This document shows positions 39,526 to 53,229 of a stretch of DNA of 64,000 nt, one piece after another (the stretch's first letter is position 1; every line of letters starts with the position of its first letter). Made by a program: the position numbers and the translations under genes. Below the pieces are notes generated by a model. It was not told the DNA's origin. It was given only the letters and a program-made list of their open reading frames with translations, and did no database searches. The stretch lies in contig NC_042998.1 in the NCBI RefSeq assembly GCF_006345805.1, positions 148,924,001 to 148,988,000 of the forward strand. Reading direction: 5' to 3'. This DNA is from Octopus sinensis (taxonomy: Eukaryota).

Positions 39526-40253
39526 CATCTTTCTTTTTTTCCTTGCGCGTCTGCTAATACTTTACATGTACCACGTCCTCGCACTGTTTTTTGTTTGTTC
39601 ATCCTTTTGGGGACTTACTATATATACATGTATGTATGTATGTATGTATGAATGTGTATATATATATATATATATATATATTGGCATATGTGTATGTATA
39701 TACATGACTATATAATTCTCTGTATGCGTGCGTCTATGAATGTACACATGTCTGTATGTATGAATCTCCACAGGCGCATGCAAATGGATGTCCGCATACA
39801 CATTCATTGTTTACCAGCTGATGATTGGAAATGAGCAACAGTGATTTCGCATTTTTATTAATGCTCATCAGTGACTCTCACCTAGTGCCTTGGGTTAAAC
39901 TCAACTTGCCTTGTCAGTTTATAAGATTTCTAGAAACACTGGTGCTAACTAGTGCCTCCAGTCATGTATATGTTTCAACCTTTCGGTTGAAAATTGCAAA
40001 TGAGCCATTCTTATTTTTTATAATATTCATATTTACCGTTTAGGAAATCAGCGTATGATTTTTACGATAATCTTATAAACTGGCCAGGTGAACTTAGTTT
40101 AACCTAAGACGCTATGTGATCTGGCAAGGCCTAGACGCTGGGGTAACATGTCTCCCTTGTCAGTCAATAAGATAAGTGCTTCACGTGGCTATGAGTTGCT
40201 TTAACTCTTATTTCTAGCAATACTAGTGCTGACTAATGCTCTCAGTCACTTTA

Positions 40254-40285
<32 letters not shown>

Positions 40286-40495
40286 AAAACACATGCATAT
40301 GTATGTATGAATATGTCTGTGACTCTTCCCTTCATTTGTCTTCCCTCGACTCTACTTCGGTTCTCCTTCCACTCTCCTTCCTTTTCCTTCTCCTCGTCAC
40401 CACCCACACCTACATCCACACCTTCTCACCATGCCTTAGCTACATATGGACTGTTGGTGATTTTTTACCACCTTCTCCCTTATCCTATGTCTCCT

Positions 40496-40530
40496 GTTTC
40501 CGAAGAAAAGCTGTGCTCGAAACATAAAAC
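40496..40530 (+). ncRNA. Degenerate hammerhead-like motif (family of 60388)
   Basis: GTTT CCGAAGA A AAGC TGT GCTC GAAA CA TA AAAC; U4C. Confidence 0.45.
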
Positions 40531-40955
40531 GACAACTCTTTTCCTTCTCTGAGCGTCTTATTAATACGTTCTTACGTTGCTACTCTTTTTTCTTGTCTTT
40601 TCTCCGTTTTCTTTTAAAACATTATATATATATATATATACAATATGTTACATTACTCGGTAGTCAAGATAAAACTCGGTATAACATTGTATAGATAAAT
40701 TTCCTCTATTTACATAATATTGAGGTCTCTTTCTTTCTTTTGTTATCTTACCGTTTTATCAATATATATATATATATATATATAGTAATGGTATATTCTG
40801 TTAAGAAAGCAATATAGTACAGTATAAAGTTCGTCAGCCTTCGAATTTACCTTGTGCTATCCAGTAGTAGTATTATAAGTACTTCCAGGCTTGCATTTGG
40901 ACATGTCGTATGTGAATAATCTATCTATCTATCTATCTATCTATTATTCTATCTA

Positions 40956-40989
<34 letters not shown>

Positions 40990-41006
40990 ATATATATAAT
41001 ATATAT

Positions 41007-41073
<67 letters not shown>

Positions 41074-41076
<3 letters not shown>

Positions 41077-42346
41077 TAGCTGAGCTGTTGCAGAGACACG
41101 ATCTTCTTTGTGAATCTTCTCTGGATAGCTTCAAGGTCCGCTGTTAATTTCACACTGGTGGGTGACCATAGCTGTGAGCAGTAATCCAGGCGGCTGAGGA
41201 CGAATGTCCGCCAGAGGACCATCATGGTTTCCTTATCTCTGGTTCTGAATGTTCTTAGGATACATCCAGCCAGTCGGCTGCACTTTGTCACCATCCTGGT
41301 AATGTGCACTTGGAAAGAGGTATCATCACTCATGTCGATACCCAGGTCCCTCACAGACTTACGCTCTGGGATTGAAATTCCCTTGGACCGGTGTACCCTG
41401 TAAGTTTAATATTCAGTTTTGGATGCTGGTAGCGCAGGGCCTGGAATTTTTCAGCATTAAACTGCATATTATTATCTTCAGCCCATTTGTAGATTGAGTC
41501 CAACTCCTGCTGCAGGTGTGCAACATCGCTGGAGTTCTGTATTTTCTGCGAGACTTTCGTATCGTCTGCATAGCTTGCCAGAGTGGCTATCCGGGCATTT
41601 GAGGGCATATCTGAGAGGGTCACTATAAAAAGCAGTGGTCCCAAGACAGTGCCCTGTGGAACACCACTCACTATTTGTGTGTTCATAGAGGTGGCTCTAT
41701 TAACCACTACTGCCTGACTCCTATCTTTCAGGAAGTCATGTAACCACACTCCAAGTTTTCCAGCTATGCCGAGGTCACGCAGTTTGTGGCATATCATACC
41801 ATGATCCACCTTGTCAAAAGCTTTTGCAAAATCAAGGTAGATTACGTCCACATTTGATTTGTTGAGTAACTGCCTCAATACCCCGTCATAATGCTGTAAG
41901 AGCTGGGTCAGGGAGCTCCTACCTGGTCGAAAACCATGCTGGGTATTACTCAGTAAGTTATTTTCCTCAAGGAATGCCATTAGTTTCTTTCTGACTATCC
42001 GTTCCATGACTTTGCTGATGTGTGAAGTCAAAGAGATAAGCCTATAGATTTTGGCATCTGCTCTACTCCCCGCTTTATGTATTGGGCATATTATTCCCTC
42101 CTTCAACTTGCTTGGCAGTTTGCCGTTTGTAAGAAAGCTCTGGAAGAGAATCTTGAGGGGTTTTGCCAGGGCATGCTTACAGGCTTTGAGGAAGATTGCT
42201 GGGAAACCATCAGGACCAGCAGTTGAGTTTGTGTCCACTTCATCTATGGCTAGTAGGACATCTTCTTCACTAATGTCAATATATTCTATTGTAACTGCCT
42301 CGCTGGTTATAGGTGAGGCGGCAAACAAGTCCACTGGTTCGTTCAC
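41074..42346 (-). pseudogene. LINE reverse transcriptase domain (frameshift at about 41380)
   Basis: GPDG, QHGFRPGRS, YLDFAKAFDKVDH, SGVPQGTVLGPLLF, YADDTK, W..N.MQFNAEK. It continues in another frame as RDLGI..LDYCSQLWSP..LEAIQRRFTK. Confidence 0.95.
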
Positions 42347-42507
42347 TTGTTTGATATAATGTTTTTTATAACCCAGGCTTCTTTGTCTGCTCTCTCCCTC
42401 ACATAGGATTGTTGCAGCCTTTTTTCGATCTCCATCAGTGTTGTTTTTAGGCGGAACGTTTCGCTACTTTTGGGATGTTGGTTAAGTCGATTTGCAACCT
42501 TTCACCG

Positions 42508-44460
42508 TCATCTCATGAGGATCTTCCTGTCTCTTGGAATCTTGCTCCTATTTGTTTTGACCTTGTGCTCTGGGACATATTTCTGGCATACGGCTTGTAC
42601 AGAAGACATGAAACATTCTAGTTTCATGTCAATGTCTGGTGTGGAGAGACATTCCGGACAGTCCTCTCTGAGGATCTCTTTTTGGATCGATTTCCAATCT
42701 GCTTTGTGGAAGTTCAGATTGGAGAGATTTCGGGTGCTTCCTTTATGCTGTATGTCTCTGGTTACTTTCGACCCAAACATAGACAGCTCTATTATTTTGT
42801 GATCCGAGACTAATGTCGGTGTCACTTTCACATAATGAATGATGTCCATATTGTTCGTGAAGCAGAGATCCAGAATGTTATTCGCCCTAGTTGGTTTGAG
42901 TACAACTTGCTCCATGAATAAGGCATTGGTGAGGTTGAGCAGGGACTCCACCTGTACTTGCTTGCAATGATTCATTCCTGAGAGTATGAGACCTTCGGGC
43001 CATTTGACGTTGGGGAAGTTGAAATCACCCATAAGAAATATGGTCACGTTGTGTTCCAGATTCATGAGGATTTCTTTCATTCTTGTGAGGCAATCTTCAA
43101 ACTTGCCTATGTGATTTGGAGCATCAGGTGGGCAATATGTATTGCATATGACTATATTATGTTGTCTTAAGTATAAAATTAAAGTGTTGTAGCAATATTG
43201 TTTTCTTCATTGCTATCTTCACTGTTTGAGAAAAATATTAAGAATGATCTCGTTTGAGATTACAAACATCTTTGGCTAGTTTAACCTTGTTGTGTCCGCT
43301 GATATGATTGGTTAGCATCTAAGCGCGGTCTCTATCTACTTATTTCGCGCCAGTGTGTAAACTGACCAATCACGGCTTTCGGATAGGACTTTTCATTTGA
43401 GCCATCTTAACTATTTAAATAGGCTGATATATCACGATTCAAGGTCTTTCGGCTTAAGACCTTTTAAGGTCTTGGTCGGAGACCACAGAGAGCTTACTCA
43501 ACCATGTTCCAGTTCGAAAGGCACACGACAGCCAAGCCAACTATAATATGAAGACGCTATTGTAAACCAGCGACAGACAGAACGTCATCACCAACATCGT
43601 CTCCCTCTACGAAGATTTCAACTTGTACACAAGATAAATACAGATTCAACTCATGCTGTTAGTGGGAAAATCTCACCACGGAAAAACAGTTGCAGTATAT
43701 ATATCTGAAAGAATATCTATATCAAGAGAAAAATATGCACAACAAGTGACTCAACTAATCTCAGCTCCGAGACTCAAATCTTGTATAGAACTCATTATCG
43801 TGTACAACATGAACTGGTAAAATAACTTCATTTTAACTCAAAATGTTGAGGCTTCTCTCATACTCTGTTGTATTTGCATATCTTATTCTGTACTTCTGTT
43901 GCACACACGAACACACAGACACAAATATTATAAGCATGCATTCATGACACAACACTACGCTAATAATAACAAATCACTTTGTACACTGTGAAATAAATCT
44001 ATCTTCTCTTTATAAAAGTAGAACGGTTTTTGGCGTCTTTATTCATCTACTCTGGCACTGCATACAAACATGTATTATGGCATATATAACATTGTGTTAT
44101 GTTATGTTGGGATGCGGCCGGACGCTGTTGTACAAGAGGAGAAATATGTCACCGAAACACCTCACGTATGATCGTATTCTAACAGTGTCACATACCGAAT
44201 TTCATAGATCGTAATACCTGGGGTGTGAGGTCATCTCAGATGTATATAGCAACTCCACCATGGCTCCTTTCCCTTCTGTCTGTTCGCAGTATGGCATAGT
44301 TTGGTACCTGTACTTCTGCGTCCTCTATATCAGGGCTGAGGTGAGTTTCCACGAGTGCTATGCATAGGGCTTGATTTCATGCAGTAAGATCTCTCAGGAA
44401 AGAAATTTTGTTTCTATTTTGATGCAACAGGCCCCCAATATTTAGTAAAAGTATTGGGGT
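42508..44460 (-). pseudogene. LINE APE endonuclease domain, split by the solo LTR
   Basis: LLNIGGL, ETHL, RTDR..SHGGVAIY lie above the insert. NTYCPP, MGDFNFP, PTRANNILDLCF, SDH lie below it. Confidence 0.9.
43188..44184 (+). mobile_element. 997-bp solo LTR (probably Gypsy/Ty3-type)
   Basis: TGTAGCAATA...TATTCTAACA imperfect terminal inverted repeats and GTGT target-site duplication (43184-43187, 44185-44188). ATTGG 43307, CCAAT 43366, TATTTAAATA 43412, AATAAA 43992. Removing it restores NSVCDTLILYLRQ in the endonuclease. Confidence 0.85.
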
Positions 44461-44559
44461 GACGGCTGTGCAGGCGTTAGGGGAGGCCATCCCGTGTCTG
44501 TTGACTGTGGTGGTCTTGCATAGTGGTGGGCAGGGTTCCTTCTTTGTGCTTGGTGTAGC

Positions 44560-45390
44560 CAGGTTAGCTGCTGGACAATCCTTTGCGCCATGCACAAAAG
44601 AGACTCTTGCTCAGCTGCTGCATTGCGCAGAACATCTGAGGAGCACACTTCTTTTCTGAATGTTTTCCTGGAAGACATTTCTTGTCTTCCCTCAGTAAGT
44701 CTTTGAGTCCCCTGAAGTTCTGGCGGGGTATCGGGTAGGCGAACCGACAGTTTTTGCCGTCCTCCCCATGCCAACATTTACCCCGCAGGTAGAATTTACA
44801 GTTTCTTCGGTGCCTTCCAGATTTCTTCTTTCCTGAACTGTACTGGGTAGCATTGGATCCTCCATGGGCCTTCTGCTGTTTGTGTGGTAGGTTGGGGTTT
44901 CAGCTTTGGTTGTTTTGCCTTTTCCTTCCTTTCTCTCCTTATTTTTGTTTTCCGTCCTTCCTTTTTCCTTCTGTTTTTCTAATTTCTCATTTCTTTGTAG
45001 GACCACTGGTACAGGGGGAATTCCAGTTTCTGCTCCCTTGGCTCCCCTATCCTTCACTGCCTGGTCGTTCACCGGGGTAGGTGATCCATTTTCTTGAGGA
45101 ACTTCTGGATTACAGAGACTTCCGGGTTCTTTTTCTTTTTCCTCCTCTTCGTCCTCATTATCCTTGCCACAATAATTTTGAATTATGTTATCCAATGTTT
45201 CGATGTGTGGTCTTATAAGCATGTAAGACCGGATAAACTCACTTTTCTTCCGCTCTATCTGGTCAATGGTTCAATGAAAGCCATTGTTCTTTAACGCAGC
45301 AGTGATGATGTTGTTTGGCGGATCGCCACTAGCAATCGTCCATGCTCTTAGCAAAAGACTTAACTCTTTCTTTCCCCACTTTGGTGCCAT
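44560..45390 (-). pseudogene. LINE ORF1: N-terminal Myb/SANT-like segment, charged linker, CCCH zinc finger(s)
   Basis: ATG at 45390 gives MAPKWGKKELSLLLRAW..ITAALKNNGFH*TIDQIERK..Y (TGA at codon 40), in frame with ORF 44692-45222. After a frameshift comes CKFYLRGKCWHGEDGKNCRFAY (44800-44735). Confidence 0.7.
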
Positions 45391-45419
45391 CTTCGTTTTT
45401 GAAGCCCAGAGGGGGAGTA

Positions 45420-46050
45420 GAGGCTAGAGAGGTAATGAGAGATAGAGAGAGGCAGAGACGGAGAAACACAGAGGGAGTAAATAGGGAAAGAGAGAGGGAG
45501 ATATGAAGGAAAGAGAGAGGTGCTATGAAAGAAATAAGGAGGGTGATAGGAGGAAAGCAAGGGGGTGGGGCGTGTTAATGAGATAGAGGAAGGTAGAGGA
45601 GGGGGAGAGAAAGAGAGACAACGTGAGGGAGAGGAGGGGAATAGAAAGAGACAGAGTGAAGGAGAAGAGGGGAAGAGAAAGACAGGCAGAGTGAAGAAGA
45701 AGAGGAGGGGAAGAGAAAAAGAAACAGAGGGAGGGAGAGGATAGCAAGAGAAAGGGAGACAGAGTGAAGGAGAGACAGGATGAAGGATGTGAGAGAGAGG
45801 GAGAGACGGTGAGAGAAGAATGGGCAAATGAGAAGTATATGAGAGAGAGAGAGAGAGGGGGGGTGAGGTGACGAGATGAGAGATAGATGTGAGATGGAAA
45901 GAAAAGAGAAATGAGAAAAGAGAAGGATATGAAAGGGAGGGAGAGAGATGAGAAAAAGAGAGATATATGCAAAAGAGAGGGAAAGAGAAAGCGTAAAGAG
46001 AGATAAAGGAAGGGCGAGAGGTAGATATGAAGAGGTGGGGAAAATAAAGA
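45420..46050 (+). repeat. Polypurine (GA-rich) tract directly upstream of LINE ORF1
   Basis: About 630 nt, almost entirely G and A on the plus strand. Confidence 0.9.
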
Positions 46051-46699
46051 GATATATAATTCTAAACTAATTACGATTATATTTTCTAACTCAGTCGTAA
46101 CTCAGATGTTAACTTAAACCACAGGAAAATAAACAAGTGAAAAGAATTTTCAAATATTAGTTTTATAGAGTTTAGAGATTGAAAGCGAAGTGGATGCTGA
46201 AACAGAAATTGAAAGAAAGTTATTCTCAGAATGTAAACAAAGATGGCGTCGTAATTCGTAACTCAGATGTTACCTTACATTAAAGGAAAATAAAAGAAAA
46301 ATACACAAACAAATGAAAATGATACTTATCGCAAAAGGTACAATCCAAATCCTCGTGCTTGTACGAAGATGTTTTCTTTCAAAAAAGAAAAGAGAACAAT
46401 TCTTTTTCCTTCTTACATTTGGCTGCAGATAAATTAAAGACTTGCCACCACGTGCTTTTTCGGCGAAGAATCTAGCATGAGTAACTAACTTTAATGTATT
46501 ATATTTGGCTTCAAGCGAAATATATTACGTTTTTAATTAATATATTTTAGTAGACCGTTATAAGATAACAAGCTCTACGTTTTTGTCAGTTCTAGTAGAT
46601 TATTTCGTCAATTTATGCAAAACCTTTTTGTTTTTTTCACAGAGTCAAAGCAAACACGTCTTTTCTCTACGAAACCGGAATAGTATATATAAAACGGAG

Positions 46700-46711
46700 T
46701 AGTATTATATA

Positions 46712-46754
<43 letters not shown>

Positions 46755-46918
46755 AGATATATATATGTATATATATATATAATATATATATATGTATATA
46801 TATATATAATATATAATATTATTATTATATATATATATAATATATATCTGTATATATATATAATATATATAATATATATTATATATATATATAATATATA
46901 TAGATGTATATATATATA

Positions 46919-46954
<36 letters not shown>

Positions 46955-47534
46955 GGTATATTATATAAATATATAATATATATATTATATATTAAATATT
47001 ATATATGTATATATAATAATATATCTAATATATATATTATATATATATATAATAATATATATGTATATATATATAATATATATATATATATTTTATATAT
47101 ATATAAATATATAACATATATATTATATATATATATAAATATATAAGTATAGATATATATATAATATATATAATATATATATTATATATATATTAATATA
47201 TATATTTATATATATATATATAATATATATAGTATATTTATTATATATATATATATAATATATATATATTATAAATAATATATATATATTATATATAATA
47301 TATATATATATATTATATATAAATAATATATATATATATTATATATATATTATATATATATATTATATATATATATATTATATATATTATATATATATTA
47401 TTATATATATATTATATATATTATATATATATATTATATATATATTATATATATTATATATATATTATATATATATATATATATATTATATATATTATAT
47501 ATATATATTATTATATATATTTATATATATATAT

Positions 47535-47566
<32 letters not shown>

Positions 47567-47853
47567 TATATATCTATATATTATATAATTATATATATAT
47601 TATATATATTATATATATATATTTATATATATATATATATATTTTATATATATTATATATATATATATATATATTATTTATATATATATTATATATATTA
47701 TTATATTATATATCATATATATTATATATATATCTTATATATTATATTATTATACATATTATTTATATATTATATATATATTTTATATATAATATTATAT
47801 ATATTATATATATATTATATATATATATTATAATATTATATATATATATTAAT

Positions 47854-47896
<43 letters not shown>

Positions 47897-48136
47897 ATTA
47901 TATATATTATAATATATATATTTATATATTATTTATATTATATATTATATTATATATATCATATATATATTATATATATCATATATATATTATATATATT
48001 ATATATATATTATATATATATATATTTATATATTATATATTATATATATATAATTATATATAATTTATATATTAATATATTATATTATATATAATATATT
48101 TATATTATATCTATATATATATATTTATATTATATA

Positions 48137-48177
<41 letters not shown>

Positions 48178-48190
48178 TATAATATATATA
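46700..48190. repeat. About 1.5-kb degenerate (TA)n tract
   Basis: Nearly 100% A/T. Confidence 0.97.
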
Positions 48191-48191
48191 C

Positions 48192-48370
48192 AGTCACTCC
48201 GTCGTTTACGACGACGATGGTTCCAGTTGATCGATCAACAGAACAGCTTGCTATTGAAGTTACCCACAAGTACCTGAGCATTCACAAACATGTGTAACTT
48301 TAACGTAGTTGTCAGGGAGACTCAGCGTGACACAAAATGTGACAAGGCTGCCCTTTTGAAACACAGGTAC
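48192..48370 (-). mobile_element. SINE family D, 3' part
   Basis: CACTCCGTCGTTTACGACGACGATGGTTCCAGTTGATC is the reverse complement of the 49195-49240 tail. Confidence 0.7.
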
Positions 48371-48605
48371 ATATACAGAAATCCCTAGCTATATCGTGGT
48401 TTACCTATCGCGCCCTCAGTACATCGCGGATTTTTCTAGTTAATGTATGTAAAGTTATATCGCGGACTCCTCAGTATGTCGCAAAAATATATATATTATA
48501 TATATATATATCTATATATATATTATATTATTTGTCATTTATGTAGTGGTTTATGTCTATCACTATTTGTGTTGCTTAATAGTGATTTTATCTCTAATTC
48601 CTATT

Positions 48606-48657
<52 letters not shown>

Positions 48658-48694
48658 GTATATATATATTATATATTATATATATATATATGTG

Positions 48695-48741
<47 letters not shown>

Positions 48742-48754
48742 CATTATATGTATG

Positions 48755-48801
<47 letters not shown>

Positions 48802-48802
<1 letters not shown>

Positions 48803-48960
48803 GACGACGGGCTTATTTCAGTTTCCGTCTACCAAATCCACTCACAAGGCTTTGGTCAGGCCGAGGCTATAGTAAAGACACTCCCAATATGCCACCACGC
48901 AGTGGGACTGAACACGGAACTATGTGGTTCGTAAGTAAGTTGCTTACCACACAACCACTC
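48802..48960 (-). mobile_element. SINE family B head and CORE-like part
   Basis: Matches 8611-8767. Confidence 0.85.
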
Positions 48961-48996
<36 letters not shown>

Positions 48997-49007
48997 ATAT
49001 ATAGTGA

Positions 49008-49240
49008 AGCACGTGGTTTAGTGGTCAGGGTGTTCGGCTCAAGATCATAAAGTCGTCACTTCAATTACCCAAGATTTGTGTCTTTCAGCAAGACATTTTT
49101 TGTTAACCTTGCTCCATTCCACTCAGCTGATAAAAATGAGTTTTAACCTGTATTTCAAAAGGCCAGCCTGAATTTCAATAGCAGGCTGTTCCGTTGATCG
49201 GATCAACTGGAACCCTCGTCGTCGTAACCGACAGTGTCTG
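49008..49240 (+). mobile_element. tRNA-derived SINE family D
   Basis: A-box-like CACGTGGTTTAGTGGTCAGGG, GTGTCTTTCAGCAAGACA CORE-like box, and tail GATCAACTGGAACCCTCGTCGTCG. Confidence 0.75.
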
Positions 49241-49243
49241 TAT

Positions 49244-49308
<65 letters not shown>

Positions 49309-49310
49309 AT

Positions 49311-49609
49311 CACGTGATCACGTGACCGACCAGGCCATCAGATGTTGCTACACATCGCTGGTCACAATGCGCTTTGCCTTGTTTTAGCCTTCAATGACGC
49401 CACCCCGTTGGCTAAGCGAGCAGGCCAACAGAAGAAAGAGTGAGTGAAAGTTGTGGTGAAAGAGTACAGCAGGGATCACCACCAACCCCTGCCGGATCGT
49501 CGTGGAGCTTTAGGTGTTTTCTCTCAATAAACACTCACAATGCCCTGTCTGGGAACGAAACCGCGATCCTGCGACCGTGAGTTCACTGCCCTAACCACTG
49601 GGCCATTGC

Positions 49610-49610
<1 letters not shown>
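49311..49610 (-). mobile_element. tRNA-derived SINE family C
   Basis: Head CGCAATGGCCCAGTGGTTAGGGCAG...GGTTTCGTTCCC. The tail is shared with 8119-8260. Confidence 0.8.
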
Positions 49611-49677
<67 letters not shown>

Positions 49678-50436
49678 AAGAGAGAGAGAAGAGAGAGAAA
49701 GAAAGAGTGAGAGAGAGAGAAAGAGAGGAGAGTGAGAGAGAGTGAGAGAGACGAAGCGATTTAGTGCGATAAAGATGCCCGAGAGTATATATGTTGGAAC
49801 ATCCTGTCAGTAGATAAAGGTAGCTCTAAGTCAACATGAAAACCATGTCAAGATACTCTCTGCTGTATCTCTGTTACAGTCAGCTGGTTTGTTTTCTTTT
49901 GCTGAGATTTAACAGAATTCGTCAGATAAGTTTAGATAACACAGCCATGGGCGCAGTGCGGGGCAGCAACATTGTGGGGTGGCGGGGTGGGAGGGGGCAT
50001 TTGTAGTAATAACGGAAATAGTAATTGTTTGAAATCTAGGCACCAGGTCAGCCATGTTTATGAGAGTCTTGTCGTTAGTCGTGGATTAAATTGATCCTAG
50101 GACTTATTGACAGAATCTTTGGAGCGTCGTCAAAAATTCTGGCGTCGCCATTGTTTTTCATCCTATCTGTATGCTTAAAATAAACGACCAGTCGTAAAGG
50201 ATGTTGTCCGGCGAGCCAATGATTCTGCCATCTCGCCACCTTTTATTAAATAATGAAAACCAAAGTTGAAACTAGAAAAATGAAATATCTGAGCATTAGA
50301 AACGTTGTTTTCTTGCATATCTATGCTGTATTTCTACTCCACCACAACCAATTAAAAGGACATATTTTCAATAATGAAACGTATTGACATTTTAAAAGTA
50401 AATTGTTTAATCGATTCACCTTAAAATAATAATAAC

Positions 50437-50467
<31 letters not shown>

Positions 50468-51518
50468 TTTTTTCCGCATATTTCACGGTTCATTCTTTCA
50501 ACAAATTAGTGAAAATTTGATTGCTTTTACGTTTTACGTTCTAACCGCGAAATTCTCAAGAGACGTCACAGAAGTGGGTTCTTTCGACAAACAGTATGAA
50601 TTAATATTCAGTATGGAGACTTTGATAATTTTCGGCCTTCGCTTATTCTCAAATATATCCACATTTACCGGCATTCCAAGATAATTCCTAGGTACGACCT
50701 CGAGTTGACGAAAATGACAGTAAGAATCGAAATTGATGTCATCTGCATCTGAACATCTGATTCAACATACACACACACACGCGTACACAGAGATTCAAAC
50801 ATACGCACTCACATACATATTAAGATAAAAGGAAAGAAGAGAGATAGTGTGTGTGTGTGTGTGAAAGAGGAAGAGGAACAAAAAGAGAGCTACATAGAAA
50901 GGACGATATGTATATTCGACCGAAATGCTTATTGGTTCCGATACCTAAAATATGACATACAAATGTAGATATATAGACATACAAGCACACACGCACATAC
51001 ATACATACATGCATACATACATACATACATACATAATACATACATACATACATACATACATACATACATACATACATACATACGCACATGCGGGCGCGCA
51101 CGAACACACACAAGCACTTTTATTGAAACTGAAAAACTCCATAAACTGTTACTCAGAGTTTCATGTCACCGATCATCTGTCCGATGATCAGTAACCTAAA
51201 ACTCACAGAAATCTCTCAAGCTTTTTTTCTGCTTCAGTAAAACACTATATTTTATTCTACCTCATATATTCGAGTACTATTTTCTCCCACATTTTGCAAC
51301 CATGTGTTTACCTCTGACTGCATGTGTGTCTGTGTACATATATGTACATACGTATATACATGCATGCATGCATGCATGTGTGTGTGAAGGAAATGAGACT
51401 ATGGCAGAACTGAAAAGGAGGGATGAGAGAAAAGTATAGGGCATATATATATGTGTGTGTGTATGTATACACACACGCGTGTGCGCTCTTTCCCTCTTTA
51501 CACACTCACACACAGAAT

Positions 51519-51579
<61 letters not shown>

Positions 51580-52369
51580 ATATTCTGCGCGTGAGCGTGT
51601 AAAGGGGAAAAGAGCAAAGGAAAGAAGGAAAGAAAAAGAAAGAAAAAGAGTCGAGCTAGAAAAAGGTGGGCGATGTAGAGAACGGGGTAAAAGAGAGAGA
51701 GAGAGAAACTAACGGATGTATGAACTAGAATCAGCCAATACAAACGCCTATTGTCAATAAATACCAAAACGAGGCCCAATGGCGCAGCTGTTTACCAATC
51801 AATGTACCATTGATTAAAACACGTCTAGTATTGTTGTTGTCGTTCTTGTTGTTAATAATGTTGTTGTCACTATGGTTGGTATTAATCCTTATCATGTTGT
51901 CGTTGTTGTTGATGTGGCTGTTGTTATTTATGTTTATTTTGTTGTTGCTGCCTCCTAGGCTAATGTTAACATTCGCGTTACTTAGGAAAGAATTTTTTTA
52001 CTCGTTTTGTTTATATATATATATATATTTCTTGTTTCACTAGACGTTGTTGTAGTAGTTGTTGTTCTTTTCGCTCTTACTACTACTACTACTACTACTG
52101 CTACTACTACTACTACTACTACTATTGTTACTGCTGCTGCTACAGCTACTGCTGCTTCGCTAGTGTTGATGAGTTTGTTTTTAATTATTACAGTTCGTGT
52201 TATTGTTATTTTCGAATGCCATTATTTTGTTTAATTTGTTGTTTTCTTAATTTATTTTCACCCTTCATTATTCATTTTTATTTTTCATATTTCTATAACA
52301 TTTTGCATTACTGTCGTTGTGTGTCGTCCCCCTCCGCTCCTTTCTTCTCTTCCCCTCCTCATCCTCTCC

Positions 52370-52402
<33 letters not shown>

Positions 52403-53229
52403 TACCGGGATCGATAGTCTCAACTAAACCCTTTCCTCGTCATCATCGTTGTCGTCGTCCTCGTCATCGTCATCATCATCACCAGCATCGTCATCATTTA
52501 TTTGTTGATTTGTGTTGGTTGTGCTTCCCTTCGGTTCCCACAAGTTTCTTCGGTTTTTGTTTTGTTAAGATTTTTGTGCAATGCTTTAAATAAGGTCTCC
52601 CTACTTCACTGTGTAAAGTGAGGGAGGTCATCACAGATAATCCTTACAAACCATCATTTCTGAGGGAAAGGGCACACAACTTTTAACATCATATTTTTTC
52701 ATGTCTAAAATAATGCCGTTGCAAGTAAAAATACGCCACTAATAGACTATGCGACATAGTAGTGGACAAGGCTGTCCCAATCACTACCAGTCTTCTTAGT
52801 GAGAACTTCTCTCCTGTTTCTTCAAATCTCTCTGCTGCCAACAGCACCGAAGCGTCCAGATCTAATAGAGATACAAATCGCAGTGATATTGAAAACAGAT
52901 CATGTAGTTCTGTGGATGTTAAGTTAGTATTTATAGTAGGGGTGAACGCGAGATCAGCAACAACGACTGAAACAGTAACAGTTACAATTTCTTTATTTAC
53001 GACAATATCGTGTTAACGACAGTAGCATTTATGAAGCGGACAACCAAGTTTTTAGCAACAGCAACAACTTGAACAACAACAATAGCAACGACAGCGACAC
53101 AACGTAAGAAACTACTACAACATAAATAACTGCTGCAGAAGTGGCGATAAGAGCAGTAGCAGGGGGCAAATAAAACGCAATAGCTCCTCCAAAAATAACA
53201 ACAACAGCAGCAGTTGTGGCAACTTTGGC

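Larger units (their letters stand above)
41074..45390 (-). mobile_element. Near-full-length decayed CR1-group (CR1/Crack/L2-like) LINE
   Basis: ORF1, APE endonuclease and RT occur in order on the minus strand. The element has stops, frameshifts, an internal deletion near 42362 and an LTR insertion, and its 3' end is lost at a (TA)n tract. Confidence 0.95.

Noticed and set aside
49540-49610. tRNA-like sequence (also other SINE heads)
   Set aside because: It continues directly into SINE bodies and the cloverleaf is degenerate, so these are not tRNA genes.
51725-51810. Cluster of three CCAAT and Sox-like motifs
   Set aside because: These short motifs are expected by chance in AT-rich DNA and there is no linked gene start.
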